From the NCBI GenBank assembly GCA_051362555.1, contig CM120641.1, positions 9,858,001 to 9,922,000 on the forward strand: a DNA stretch of 64,000 nt. The letters are read 5' to 3'. How positions within the stretch are numbered: the stretch's first letter is position 1; each line of letters opens with the position of its first letter. Below are positions 1 through 12,401 of the stretch, piece after piece. The position numbers were made by a program, and so were the translations under genes. The notes under the pieces are model-generated. The model ran no database searches. It was given only the letters and a program-made list of their open reading frames with translations, and was not told the origin of the DNA. The DNA comes from Lingula anatina (lineage: Eukaryota > Animalia > Brachiopoda).

Positions 1-3000
1 AAACAAGGTATGATTGGATTGAGGCAGTATTTTAAGTATTTAGACACATAAGTGTATTTTATAATCATAGTCTAGATCTAATATTTTTAAAGCAAAGTCT
101 CCCATGTTTTTTTTTTTTTACGAATAATTTTGCAAGGTAATTGTAATAAGTCAGTTTCCAATCAGTGTGTATGGTATTTAACTTTTTTCATTGAATATCT
201 TTTTTTTTTTAAGAAAAATTGCTATGTTTAGCAGATTATTACTCATTTAGTTCAAAATACCTCTTGATGCAATGTGGTTTTTTCTCTTGCAGACACCAAA
301 TGGCAATGTGGAAGCCAAAGTCATGTGTTTCTACAGGCGCAGAGACATTTCAAACTCTCTTATCATGTTGGCAGATAAACACCAAAGTAAGAATCTTATA
401 ATTGTTGCTTCTTTTGTGCCTTGCTTGACAATGGTGCCTTGCATGCCCCATGTGTATTGAAATTAATTCAAGTTTCTGTAAAGAAAATTGTTACCTTTCT
501 TTTGATTTCAAACGGAACTTAGTAGAAAAACGTTGTTTTTCTCTAAGATTATGCAACTGGAATATACAATATCCTAGGTTATACAATGCACCTACTTTAG
601 GTACACTTGAAGATGACCAAGAAATGGAGGAAAATGATGATGTATCAGAGCAGCAAAGGCATCAGCTCAAGCACAGAGAACTTTTTTTATCAAGACAAGT
701 GGAGACATTACCTGCCACGCATATACGAGGAAAGAGTACAGTAACTTTATTGAATGAAACAGAGCTGCTAGCATCTTACTTAAATAAAGAGGTAATTGTT
801 AATATTAGGTTCGATGCAGAAGTGGTAGAATCTTATATGAACATTGCAGCGTGAAATGGCTTGCTTACCTGGAATTTTGGAAAACATTTTAAAAGTATTA
901 CCAGTTTTTATCATTTTTTGTGTTTACATTTTCATACAATATCCATAAGGCTGTGAACAGTATGCTTCAGTGAAGTGTGTGATGAGAAATACACAGACCT
1001 GTTCTGAGTAAATGTATGAAGTAATTTCCAATCCAGCTGTGACATTGAAATTTTAAGAGATTAAATAGGTGTGTATGGAATAATAAGAGGAAACAATACA
1101 GGGGTAAAGTTACAGACAAATTTATTTATGTCCCCATGTTAGCATTTTAACAATGGTAAAATGGCAAAATCTAATTATTTTACAGGACACATTTTTTTAT
1201 TCACTGGTGTATGATCCCCAACAGAAAACCTTACTGGCAGACAAGGGGGAGATCCGTGTGGGTGGAAGATATCAAGCAGATGTACAACCACTACTTAAAG
1301 AAGGTAAGTTTATTGTGCAAGGAATTTAACAGACATGGGGGTTTTTGTAGACAAAGTCCAGACATAGATATTTAAATAGACACCCACATGTTTAAATTAT
1401 AATGTTCTGTCATAGGTTCCCAAATTTTTTAAAAAAATTATTGTTTGCTTCAGCAGTTTTGAATGTGGACTGGCCTCTAAATCATGATCTAAGTGCTGTA
1501 ATTATTGTTTGAAAATTTACCCATTACATTTGACATTTAGGTTGAAAGAAATTTTAAGTTTAATTTCACTGGATATATGCATTTGAAATACTAATATGCA
1601 GTTATGTGTATGCAGTTAAATCCAAGGAAAAAATACTTTTATGGTAAATTGAACAAGTATTTCCTTTCCTTGATTTTTATTTTCCCTTTGCAGGTGAAAG
1701 TGATGGAAGGAAGATGGAAGACCTTGAAGAACTAGTCTGGAATCCAGAAACACATTTATCTGACAGACAGATTGACCAGTTCATGGTTATAGCCAGGCAA
1801 GTATTAGCAGTTTCAAAACAGTGGGTCAGATTAGGATTTAAATGTATTTTACACCAGTATTTCTGAGAAACTAAAAATGTTTGAGATAATTGAGATTGTG
1901 ATCAGTTAAAAGACTTCTGACAGAATTGATGAGAGAGATAAAATGAACAACATTGTCAAAAGAGAGAGGGAAAAAAGAATTCCTGTATATTTTCAAAAGG
2001 GTACCTACCATTATTTTGACCATTGATTCATTGTTTATGTAATATAACTTTCAGGGCTGTCGGGACCTTTGCTAGAGCACTTGATTGCACAAGTACAGTA
2101 AGACAACCAAGTTTACATATGAGTGCTGCTGCTGCTTCCAGGGATGTCACATTGGTATGTAACACCTCATGACATAAAAAGGGCTGGGTATTGGTTTCTT
2201 TATATCGGACAAAGAACCTGTTATATAAGGCAAGCCTTATGAGGACTGAAATTATAAAGAACTTTGCTCACAAAGGAAAATTTTCAATGTTTCATGCCAT
2301 TTTATCCAGAAAAGTTACATGAAAGCTGATGCATTTTTTTGTGCTGCTACAATACAATGGCACTAAACCCATGTTTTTGCCCATACATCAGATTCGTACT
2401 TCTGTTTGTTAGTTCCATGCCATGGATACCCTCCACAAACACCAGTACAACACAGCCACTGCCATCTCCAGTCTGGTGCCTCCAGGGGGACCTGTGCTGT
2501 GTCGAGACGAGATGGAAGAATGGTCTGCCTCAGAGGCCAACTTGTTTGAGGAAGCCTTGGACAAATATGGGAAAGACTTCAATGACATTCGACAAGATTT
2601 TGTGAGTAAATCATTGTGCTGGAAACTGGACAGACTTAAATTTTTTTCTCTGGTTTGTTGTAGATATTGAAGTGAATGATGAGAACTTTCACAGACCTGT
2701 TCTGAAAGAACGAGGTGTAGATTTCTTCAATCCAACCCTGACACTTCAAATATTATTTGAAAGTTTTTCATTTTTCTCAATTATTGACAAAATAGATGTT
2801 TCATTTTTGAGTCAGTGTACTTAAATTGCATTATTGTCCGGATTTTAGGATTAATTATTTTTATAAAGCAAGTGCTTTAATGTTGATTTTATTTCATTAT
2901 GCAGCTTCCCTGGAAGACTTTGAAGAGTATTGTGGAATATTATTACATGTGGAAGACCACAGATAGATATGTGCAACAGGTAAGATACAGTTCCCTTTGT

Positions 3001-6000
3001 TGACACCATTGCCTTGTATCAATGTTATCTGTGATTAAATATAGGTGACAAATGGTTTCAGTTTATTTTGTGTTTGGAGTTGACATTATTATTCTAAATT
3101 ACTCTAAATTACTTGGCTCTAAAACTCCACATAAAATGAATTTAATTTTTATTGCAGAAAAGAATTAAGGCAGCAGAGGCTGAAAGCAAATTGAAGCAGG
3201 TCTACATTCCCAACTAGTAAGTTTTTATAATTGAAATTTATAAAATTGATAATGGGAAATGCTGTTTGTAACATAAAGATTACCCATATTGTTGATTGTA
3301 CTCTCAAGTAGATAATGGTTTTGATACAACAGTAGTAACGTTGACTACTTTTCTCAGTAACAAGCCAAATCCGGCCCAGTTGCCCAACAATAAGAATGGT
3401 TCTGCTGCGTCTGCTGCTGCTGGTGCTGCTGCCCCTGGGGCAGGGGGAGAGGGTGTGCTCTCCAGAGCCTGTGAAAGCTGCTACAGTAAGTATGACTTTT
3501 TGTATAAGTAGGCATGGTTTAACTGTAATTTTGCAAGAACATGAAATGTCTGTTTCATTGATAATCTTCTGTTGAAGATAAGTGAGAATACATATTTAGG
3601 TTTCTTGGTTTTAGGCTGATAATGTATAACTCTTTTTGGAAGATTATGCAATCCAAGTTAAATACCACATTATCAAATAACGGTGACAATCTGTCTTGAG
3701 AAATTGGAATATCCTTTTCTCTTGTACATTATTAAGACATATAAAATTTTCAATATTTAACATGTGCATATTTATATGTTTGTTCATTTTGTAATTGCCA
3801 CCTTTTCTCAGCTGCCCATTCTTCCCAGTGGTATGCCTGGGGTCCTGCCCACATGCAATGTCGGCTCTGCTCCAGTTGCTGGATATACTGGAAGAAGTAT
3901 GGAGGGCTTAAAATGCCTACAAGACTTGGTAAGTAAACTGTTATAGGAGAACTTCTTTTAAAAATTTAAATAAAGACATTATGTGAAGATAGAACATAAA
4001 GGTGCTATGTTGAGTGATTGACTTTTAAACATGTTGGGTATGGATACAAGTATTTGGAATATCTCCCAGAAGGTAGAAATATCCATGATAAGCATTTTGA
4101 ACAATTTTCATGAGTGTCTGTAGATATTGAGTGTACCAGGGGTTACATTTGATGTCATATGTAGCTGCTACCCTGATGTTTGTTTGGTATATTTTGTAAT
4201 GCATGACTGTAGTCTCCCAAATTTTCTTCTATTTATTTTCCATCTTTCAGAAAGATGGGTCAGCTTTTTTTTTATTATAATAGTTGTTATACTGTACTCT
4301 ACCCTGGTTCTGCCTTGTTTTAAGGATGTATTTCACTTAAATTTTGATTTTAAAAGAGTGACCATAGAGCAACCTTTATGTGCTTTGGATAATCTCATTT
4401 TGCATGTTCTAAATGAACTGTAGAGCAAATATCATGATATAATATTGAAAAAACTTTGCAAGTCTTGATGTTTTTTTAGAAAACTTTTAGTCTCAGGGTT
4501 TAGCTTTCAATTTAGTTTCCTTTATTTAAAAATGAGCATTTTTCAGTTGTGTAGTACATGGTTTGTGTTTATGTTATGTCATTGATCTACTTTGGGCCAA
4601 ATATAGATGAATCTCTGCATTGCCAATACTGGTGTGTAGATGATTCAATGGCCAGTTTAATCCAGATTCTGAAGTTGATATTTTTTTATTTTGTTCAAAT
4701 TGTGGATAAAATAGAAGGTTATTTGGATATAAAATTTTAACTAATCACAAAAAGGTCCAGTGGCTGATTGAAATGAAGTCAAAATTGAATGATAACATGA
4801 TATGTCATTATGATCAATTTTTCTGTCATTAAGTGTAAGGGAAAAAAGAAGTATAGAAATACCTTACTTCAACCAAAAATGTGTCAACTTCACAATGTGG
4901 AACCTCATTGGGCTCAGTCTAGCATTTTAAAAGATTTTTACCATTAGCTTTGAGTGTTCAGGCAAGTTGATTATGTTTGGCCAAGTTAAAAACTGATTTA
5001 CTAATAAGAGATATAAAAAAGATTATTTGGAACGAATAACAATTTCCTCCTGTTGCGAAAGGAAAAAAAAAAGAAAGAAAAAAAGATTGAAAAGAATGAA
5101 AGATTGAGCCCAGTTATTGCTTTGAGTAAAGATGTTTTCTTTTCACATATGTGTACTATTTGTCCTGTTTAGATGGAGAACGCCCAGCACCCAACCAGAG
5201 GCAAGGTTAGATGAACATGTTTATTGCATAAGACTAGAAGTATATATACCAGTACCAGTATCTATGACTTTCACAATTTCAGAGGAATACATAATATAAT
5301 AATTCAATTATCAGATATTTAGAGCTTGTACTTTTTATTTGCATTTTAGTTCTTTAACTGTTTTCCATTCACTTGCTGTTATTTAGACCCCACCTCCAAG
5401 TACGTGCTGTAAATGTAAAGCTTTAGTTGTAGGCTTTTGAAGTGTTTGCAATGTTAACTGTTGTAAAATGGCTTATTTTGTTGATGCCTATAATGGATGT
5501 GATCTTTATAAGTATATTTAAATATATTTGGAATGAAATAATTATGCCTCATCTTCCTCTTGCCACAGCATTTTGCTTAGCCCTCCTTTTAATTTGCAAG
5601 TTGTGTGAACAGTGGATAACTGTAAAATACATTTGTGTCCAATTTTATAAGTTTTTAAAAGCTCACATTTAGGACTTTGGCGAATTTGGCTTTAAATAAA
5701 AAAAAAAACCAAAGACATTTTCCAAATTTTACTCAACATAAGTTGGATATACTTAGTCCTAGCCATTATTTGGATAATAGAACACCCATGCTTTAGTTTA
5801 GTTTTCAAAACATACATTTGTGCGCGGTGAAATTTAGTTTTTAATCAAGAGGCAGCATTTTTTATGTGATATGGCCCTTGAGAATGTGTCAGCCATAGTC
5901 TATTTTGCACAAAGAAGATACAACACAAGATGAGGCATAATGTTGCGTTTAAGAAATATAATATTTGTAAAGGAAACTTTAGGCAACTGTGGGACTAGTG

Positions 6001-8883
6001 TTTCTCTGGAACAATGGCTTTAGAATAGTGCTACAAAGTAAGCCAGATTGCAACCATATTGGAAGCAATGTTAGTGCAGTATGTAACATTTTGTTTTTTC
6101 CCCACAGAACGCCTGGCTCAGATGGCTGCTTTGAGGATGCACAAATGTACTATCAGTGGGTGTGGCAAGGTAAGAGTTGAATGGATGATGTTTATTGATG
6201 AATCTAAGGTGAATAATTTAGTATGGCTACAAAACACCATGGACAAGTAATTGTGTGTGATGTTTGAAGAGGCATCAACTGTTCTCTTCAAAGCAAATGA
6301 TTATAATTTTCCCCTTTATTCTTTTATTTAGGAATTTAAACTTAAAGCCCATCTGGCCCGCCATCTTGCCACTGCACATGGCCTAGCAATAAGATCAGGA
6401 AGTCCACGACCAGTCATGAAAACACGTGCTGCATTTTGTCTGGTTACTACACCTCTTACTCGAATCTCACGCCGTGTGTGTAGGGACATACTGAAGCCTC
6501 GTAGGGCGGCACGCAGTCCATTCACCCCAATCAATATAGCAGCAATAAAGCAGGAGTGTAAGTTGTCACATATTTACTGACATGGCAGATGAAATTGTGG
6601 AATTTTATACAATAAGAGCTGAATCATTTAAAACGCGCCTTTTAGATCTGGTACAATATTTTGAGGGGATGAAAAATGTTCATAGTAGGCTTTAATATTT
6701 TTGATAAAACATTACCCACCCACCATCACCACCAATCACACACACAAAAGTTTCAAGAAGATGGGTTATATATAATTTTGAGCACCCTGTTACACATTAG
6801 AACAATTTGATGGAAAAAATGAAAGAAACCTCGTCTTTTTTTACAGGCCAAGTCAGATTGCCAGATGCAGCCAAGAACATCACCATCAAGCCCAAGCCAC
6901 AGATCACCATGGAGAAGGTTGGCGCAGGCTTGAGTCTTGATGTTAGTGGAGAACATCCTCCGTGGCTGGCACACTCTGAGAAAAAGGCGGAACCAGCCAG
7001 GTATGCCTACCCACGCCCATCTGCTGAGGAGCTCAACCAATTCTGTAAGTAGCTTAATTTTGCTTTGTTTACAAAAGTTGCTAGCACGAACCCAGGGCTG
7101 AAAAATATGACACAGTCTACGCTTATTGTTTTTAGGGCTCTTCATTACATTTTATATGTAAAATTTTGACATCAGTACTGTGTGATACATTAAAAAGCTT
7201 TAGAAGTGTATGATGAGAAATTTCACAGACCTGTTCTGAATGAAATGTGTTGAATTTCACAATCCAACTCTGACACTTCACTGTTATTTATAAATTGCAT
7301 TTTATTACTCCCTTTGATACAGATTTTGAACTGCTAACTGGGAAGTGATGGCATGCTGCATTTTAATAAATTGATTACTTTACACTACCTACATACATAC
7401 TCAATATTTTTATCCCTGCAGCTAAATAAACAAAAATATGATAGAATTTGTTTCCTTGCTATCATGTAAGATGCCAAGTTTTGGATTTTTCTTAGCGATT
7501 TCTACCTTCCATTGCTTTCTCAGGGGAGCGCCAACATGTCCATGTGGAGGAAGAGGAAGACATGGAGGGGGAGTCGCCTTCTGCCAAACCATCTATCATG
7601 AAGAAAAGAGGTTATGATCAAGGTGGACTAGAAGGTACATGAAAATGCACAAATGATTAGCCAAAGGGGTACATAACACTATAAAATATCAAGGGACTTT
7701 GATTGGGATGATGAACATGATCTTTGATTCAATGAAATATTTTTTGTAGCCATTTTGACAGAAGTGCATGATGAGAACTTTCACAGACCTGTTCTGAAAG
7801 AATGAGGTGTAGATTCCTTCAATCCAACCCTGACACTTCAAATATTGTTTTAACAGTTCTCCAGAATGTTTTATTCTGCATTTATTCTCAGTGAAGTGGT
7901 ATGATTTAATTTAAAAAAATGATTCTTCCCTTTGTTTAGGACCCCCAGCAAAACGTCCAACCATGGGAGTCATCAGACAGTCCAGCAGCATCAAACAGGT
8001 AATGTGTTTTTGTTGTAAATCATAAACGTGTGTGAAATGTGAGCATAAAATATGGCCAAGTGGTTTTCTGAAACATGCAGGTATTGATGCTGAAAATTTT
8101 TGATTGGAATTCCAGTCTGCAGTTTATGTGATGGGTTGGGAGGTGGAAGGTCAGGAGGGTTTTTCGTTTAAAATCTAGTAAGTCATCAACCATAGACAAA
8201 ATTGACTTTCAATTTTGATACTTTCAATAATTTTTGACAGCAACACTCCTAGCTCATCAGTATCTTTTTGTGTTGCATGTTTCAGAGGGGCCCGTACATG
8301 AACGGACGTGGCAAACCAGGGACCAAGGCCACAAGGAAACTGAACTGGGTGGATGCACCTGATGATGTCTTCTTTTTAGCAACAGATAACACAAGGCATG
8401 TCTTGCAAATACTAACTCAGTTTATGTATATTTACTTACAATCATGAAGGGTGTGCACAGATGCTTACCCCCCCCCTTAATATTGAATTTACCAGGTTGT
8501 AGAAAGTTTTTTGAATAGGCATGATGAAAACTTGATGAGACACCTGAAGTTTGTGATGAGAATCTTCACAGACCTGTTCTTAGTGATCGGTGCTGAGTAC
8601 ACAATCCAACTCTGAAACTTCTGCAGTTTTTAAGTCATTACTGTTGAAAGCTCATCTCACTTGTGCATGAAATATGAACAATGCAGTTTTCTTAAATATA
8701 GAAAAAAATTATCCTTCAACAGCTTTGATTATTCTTCGTCTTATTAATTTCAGACGCCTTCGCAAGCAACTGAATGGGACCGAATTCCGCAAAGCAGCTC
8801 GCAAACCTTGGCGCGTTCTTGAAAATGTAAAATGGCCAAGCAGCACCAAAGAACAACAGGAACCTATAGTTATTCTTGACTAA
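1..8883 (+). CDS. MTA1: Metastasis-associated protein MTA1/2/3-like (NuRD subunit; BAH-ELM2-SANT-GATA ZnF-C2H2), 5' part outside window
   Basis: Spliced exons approx. <1-7, 293-386, 601-791, 1186-1302, 1693-1796, 2055-2153, 2413-2601, 2905-2979, 3158-3216, 3358-3485, 3812-3928, 5173-5205, 6108-6169, 6332-6557, 6847-7044, 7523-7633, 7940-7997, 8286-8395, 8754-8883. Peptides [69 protein letters not shown]...[23 protein letters not shown] and the C-terminal EPIVILD match the MTA family. Confidence 0.97.
972..1046 (+). ncRNA. Intronic box C/D snoRNA copy 1 (degenerate D box)
   Basis: C box GTGATGA 979-985; guide CACAGACCTGTT then D' CTGA 1004-1007; second guide CAATCCAGC then variant D box GTGA 1039-1042; weak terminal stem. 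Confidence 0.7.
2669..2747 (+). ncRNA. Intronic box C/D snoRNA copy 2 (SNORD25-like D' guide + SNORD69-like D guide)
   Basis: C box ATGATGA 2676-2682, TCACAGACCTGTT-CTGA (D' 2702-2705), CAATCCAACC-CTGA (D 2738-2741), terminal stem GAAGTG/CACTTC. Confidence 0.92.
7203..7279 (+). ncRNA. Intronic box C/D snoRNA copy 3
   Basis: C box 7210-7216, D' 7236-7239, C'-like GTGTTGA, guide ACAATCCAAC, D 7270-7273, stem GAAGTG/CACTTC. Confidence 0.92.
7761..7839 (+). ncRNA. Intronic box C/D snoRNA copy 4
   Basis: C box 7768-7774, D' 7794-7797, D 7830-7833, stem GAAGTG/CACTTC; nearly identical to copy 2. Confidence 0.92.
8546..8621 (+). ncRNA. Intronic box C/D snoRNA copy 5
   Basis: C box GTGATGA 8553-8559, D' variant CTTA 8579-8582, C' GTGCTGA, guide ACAATCCAAC, D 8612-8615, stem GAAGTT/AACTTC (compensatory change). 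Confidence 0.9.
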
Positions 8884-9530
8884 AAGATTATTTGTGTAAA
8901 AAACTGATACGTTTCTCTGGTCTGCACTAAGTGTGGGCTATATAACTCATACAAGAACAAATGTAATTGTGCATTACTTTTTTTCACCAAAGTGCATGTA
9001 AACAGTACCTAGAATGCAGGATTTGTAGGAATACATCATTTTTTTGTGTGAAATAAGTAGTAGAAGCAGAGTAGACCTGAAAATGTACAAGTTTGTAGCT
9101 ATTGAAAATTGCGCTCATATTTATTGGAAAGTATTGCAGGGAAGAAAAGTCATACAGTTTGTGGTCTTTATTAATCTGACATTCACTGTAAAAAATACAA
9201 TCTTTGATAATGTCCATGTGGATTTTAAACAAGCTTGTAAATCTTAACATATTACATGATCAAAATAGCATGGATTTCTAGGAATAAAGGCTTCATTTTC
9301 AAAACTACTAGTTTGTAACTGAAAAAGTGAAATTTGCTGCTTGGTTGCCTTGATCACTTTCAACATAATTTATTTCAATTTGTTGGTCTTGTTAGGCTGA
9401 TGTAACCCAAGTGCAATTTCTTGCAATGGATGTCCAAAACAGTCTGAAATTTATCCAAATGTCCTGTGCTCAGTATGACTACATACTCTCAAATTTAATC
9501 AAAAATTCTTAGTATCACATCGGATTCTTG

Positions 9531-12360
9531 TTAACTAGAAGTTTGGGAGAGCTGAGCCACAAAGCTACTGGTACTGCTACTATGGGCAATATTCCTCTGC
9601 TGTGCTCGCACATACTGCTGCTGTATCCTGTAAGCTTCATCATATGACTCGACAACCAAGTTGGACCTAGGTCCAGTTTTCCATGTGTTACCTTGCTCAT
9701 CTATGACTGCTGCTTCTATACATATGGTATGTATACCAGGGACAGGGAAAGTGAGCAGGAAGTGGGCACTGAAGTAGTCGTTGTGTGGCTCTGTTACTTG
9801 GGTCATAGAATTGGAAGGATTTTCTGATAACTGGAAAGAGAACAAGAAATTCCTTATTACATTTCTTATTATACAGTAGTTTTAATATAGATAGGAGGAT
9901 AGCCCAACCTCGGTAAGAATCCGAATCAACCCCCCCTTCCCCTGGAGTAGTTCAAACCCCAATGTTGACCAATACCTTCATGTCCCCCAGTGCTTGCCCC
10001 CTGGTCTGCATTACAGAGTGGACACCCAGCTGTATACTGTGAATCTTGCGGAACAAGCCAGGGTGCTTGCCATGCTGTATGACGCCCTCTATCTTCAGTG
10101 TGAGATGTGTGTCGTGGGTGATACTGACAGGCTCCGTGACACTCCTTGGCTGGGGTGAAATAGCCAGCTAAAATAATACAATATTTAAAAAAGTCTTACT
10201 GACAGTTTGGTTTTGATAAAGAACTTTTCTCTGAACTACTAAAAGTAAAACTAGTGAAATGCTGTTTGTTAAAAAAAAAAAACCTTAATCATAAAACGCA
10301 TTAGTTCCAGTATTTGTCATTTTACTAACACCTGGATAAAGATTGTTACACTAAATTTCTTACCTTGATAGAAGTTGCCTGAAGACTTTGGTAAAAATAT
10401 CTTGGAAAACACAATGGAACTTGAATCAAGGATAGCACTGTCCTCTCTAAGAAGTCCATATGCTGAAACATTGAGAACTAAATATGTCAACTAACACAAA
10501 ATTGGCAGAAAAATGAAAATCAAGCTCTTCAATAATAATTTTGCCAATAACACATTTCTGAAATAATTATAGCCAAATCAGTTTGCTTAAATCTATATGA
10601 CTCATGTACACACCTGATAGGCAATAGGCAGTTCAGATACTGTCCCTTCCAAAGTTTTCTGTAAGTCTTGTAAGATGTCCTGGCAGGCTTCATACAGTTG
10701 CCAACTATGTGTGGGAACTTTCTGGCTCAACCAGGACAGACTATCACTCAGATAGCCACGGCTTTAAAGACATTTTAAAGAGATTATTAAGAGAAAATAT
10801 AATCCTAAAAAAATAAGCAATTTTAATTATAAGAAATGAATTATTTCCATTTGTTAGTATTTTAAAGTAGGAATTGACCCTAGGCATTCATTTCTATTTC
10901 AATTTCAATATCAAACCAAATACTTCTCTTTTTCAGTTAAATTTCAAAATTCTCAAATGCAGAAATAAATAAGCTGACGATTCACTTGCCTGTTTTTACT
11001 TTGAAGAATAACTCTCAATGCCTGTGAAACAATGAGACAGCAGTGCTGTAATCTAGACACATTATCAAGGAATTCCAATTGTACATTGCATTATCTGACT
11101 ATATTTATGAGATATATCATGAAAATGCCAGCAGAAAATATGAAATATACATCCAAATATCAAGTGTCTGGTTTAAAAGATATGCTCTTATAATAAATAA
11201 TGTGTTTTGGCTTCATTTCCTTTTATGCTATGATCATATGATGATAAAGGATACAGTTGCAAACTGCCAAGTGACACAGGATCTGCATCAAATGATGCCT
11301 GACTCAGGTGACCATAAGATGTATGGAGATTCTCAAATTCACTGGCACACTGCTGAAGCTGTATTACAAGAAGAAGTGAATCAATTAAAAATAAAGTGTC
11401 TCTAGTACATCATTAAATCATGATCGATAGGTCCTCACATGTCCTGTAAAGTGAATTTTAAAGTAAGCAGCAAAGCTTACAAATATACAGACTGCAACAG
11501 CGATGACCATGAAAGACAAAGTGACCTGCATACACTGTCTGTACATAGAAAGCCATCACTACTACAATACATACTATTATTGAGAGGAGACTTGATCATA
11601 TAAATGTGAAACTAAAATACTGTCTCCAAGTCACAGACCTGTCCTACCACTCTGCCACATCTCTGTATCTCCTGTCCTGTTGTCATGGCAATGTTGACAG
11701 CAATGGCCGGGGGTGGGTTGGTGCGAAAGCTGCAGCAGGCTTTCAGCAAGTGAGCACAGGCCTCTAACTGCTGAACTCTCAGCTTTATGAAGTCACACTG
11801 GAAGTGTAAGGGATGGGTAGGGGTCCCTGCAGCCTGGAAATAATTTAAGCTGCACTTGGTATCATTGCAAAATAGTATATTTTACAAGCCAAAGAAATAC
11901 TGCTTTATTTAGTTTTGTTTAGTAAATAAATGTCTTTAAGTTTCAAGAAAGGGATTTAGAAAATGCACCTTTATAATTTATATTTGAAATAATGGGGCAG
12001 GAACGAGGAGCAACAGAGCAAGCTTTTGGTGGAGACTTTTACAAGCAACAAGAGCAACATGAGCTTGTTTATAAAGAAATGTTCTAAATACTAAAATTCT
12101 CTGTAAGAAACTTGTCCAGCCACTAATGCAACAAATAAAAACCAGACCCAACACTACATGTTATCAAAAACTTACCCTGAGTGAGGAGAGACCCCTATGG
12201 TAGTATACTGCAGCCTGTGTTATACACTGCATCATTGTAGGGATGTCATCTTCTACTCTTCTCAGGCTGGTCTCTCCTATACAAAACTCATGGAGGCTGG
12301 TCAGCCAGAACAGGAACTGCTCAGAAGAGACCTTAAGAATAAATGATGACAACCAAATTC

Positions 12361-12401
<41 letters not shown>

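Noticed and set aside
8521-8547. ATGATGA...CTGA just upstream of snoRNA copy 5
   Set aside because: Only 27 nt, with no guide or terminal stem, and it overlaps the copy 5 stem.
972-8621. The repeated intronic motif as a CRISPR array or SINE
   Set aside because: Eukaryotic context, one copy per intron in sense orientation, no spacers, pol III boxes, tails or TSDs; C/D boxes and rRNA complementarity explain it.
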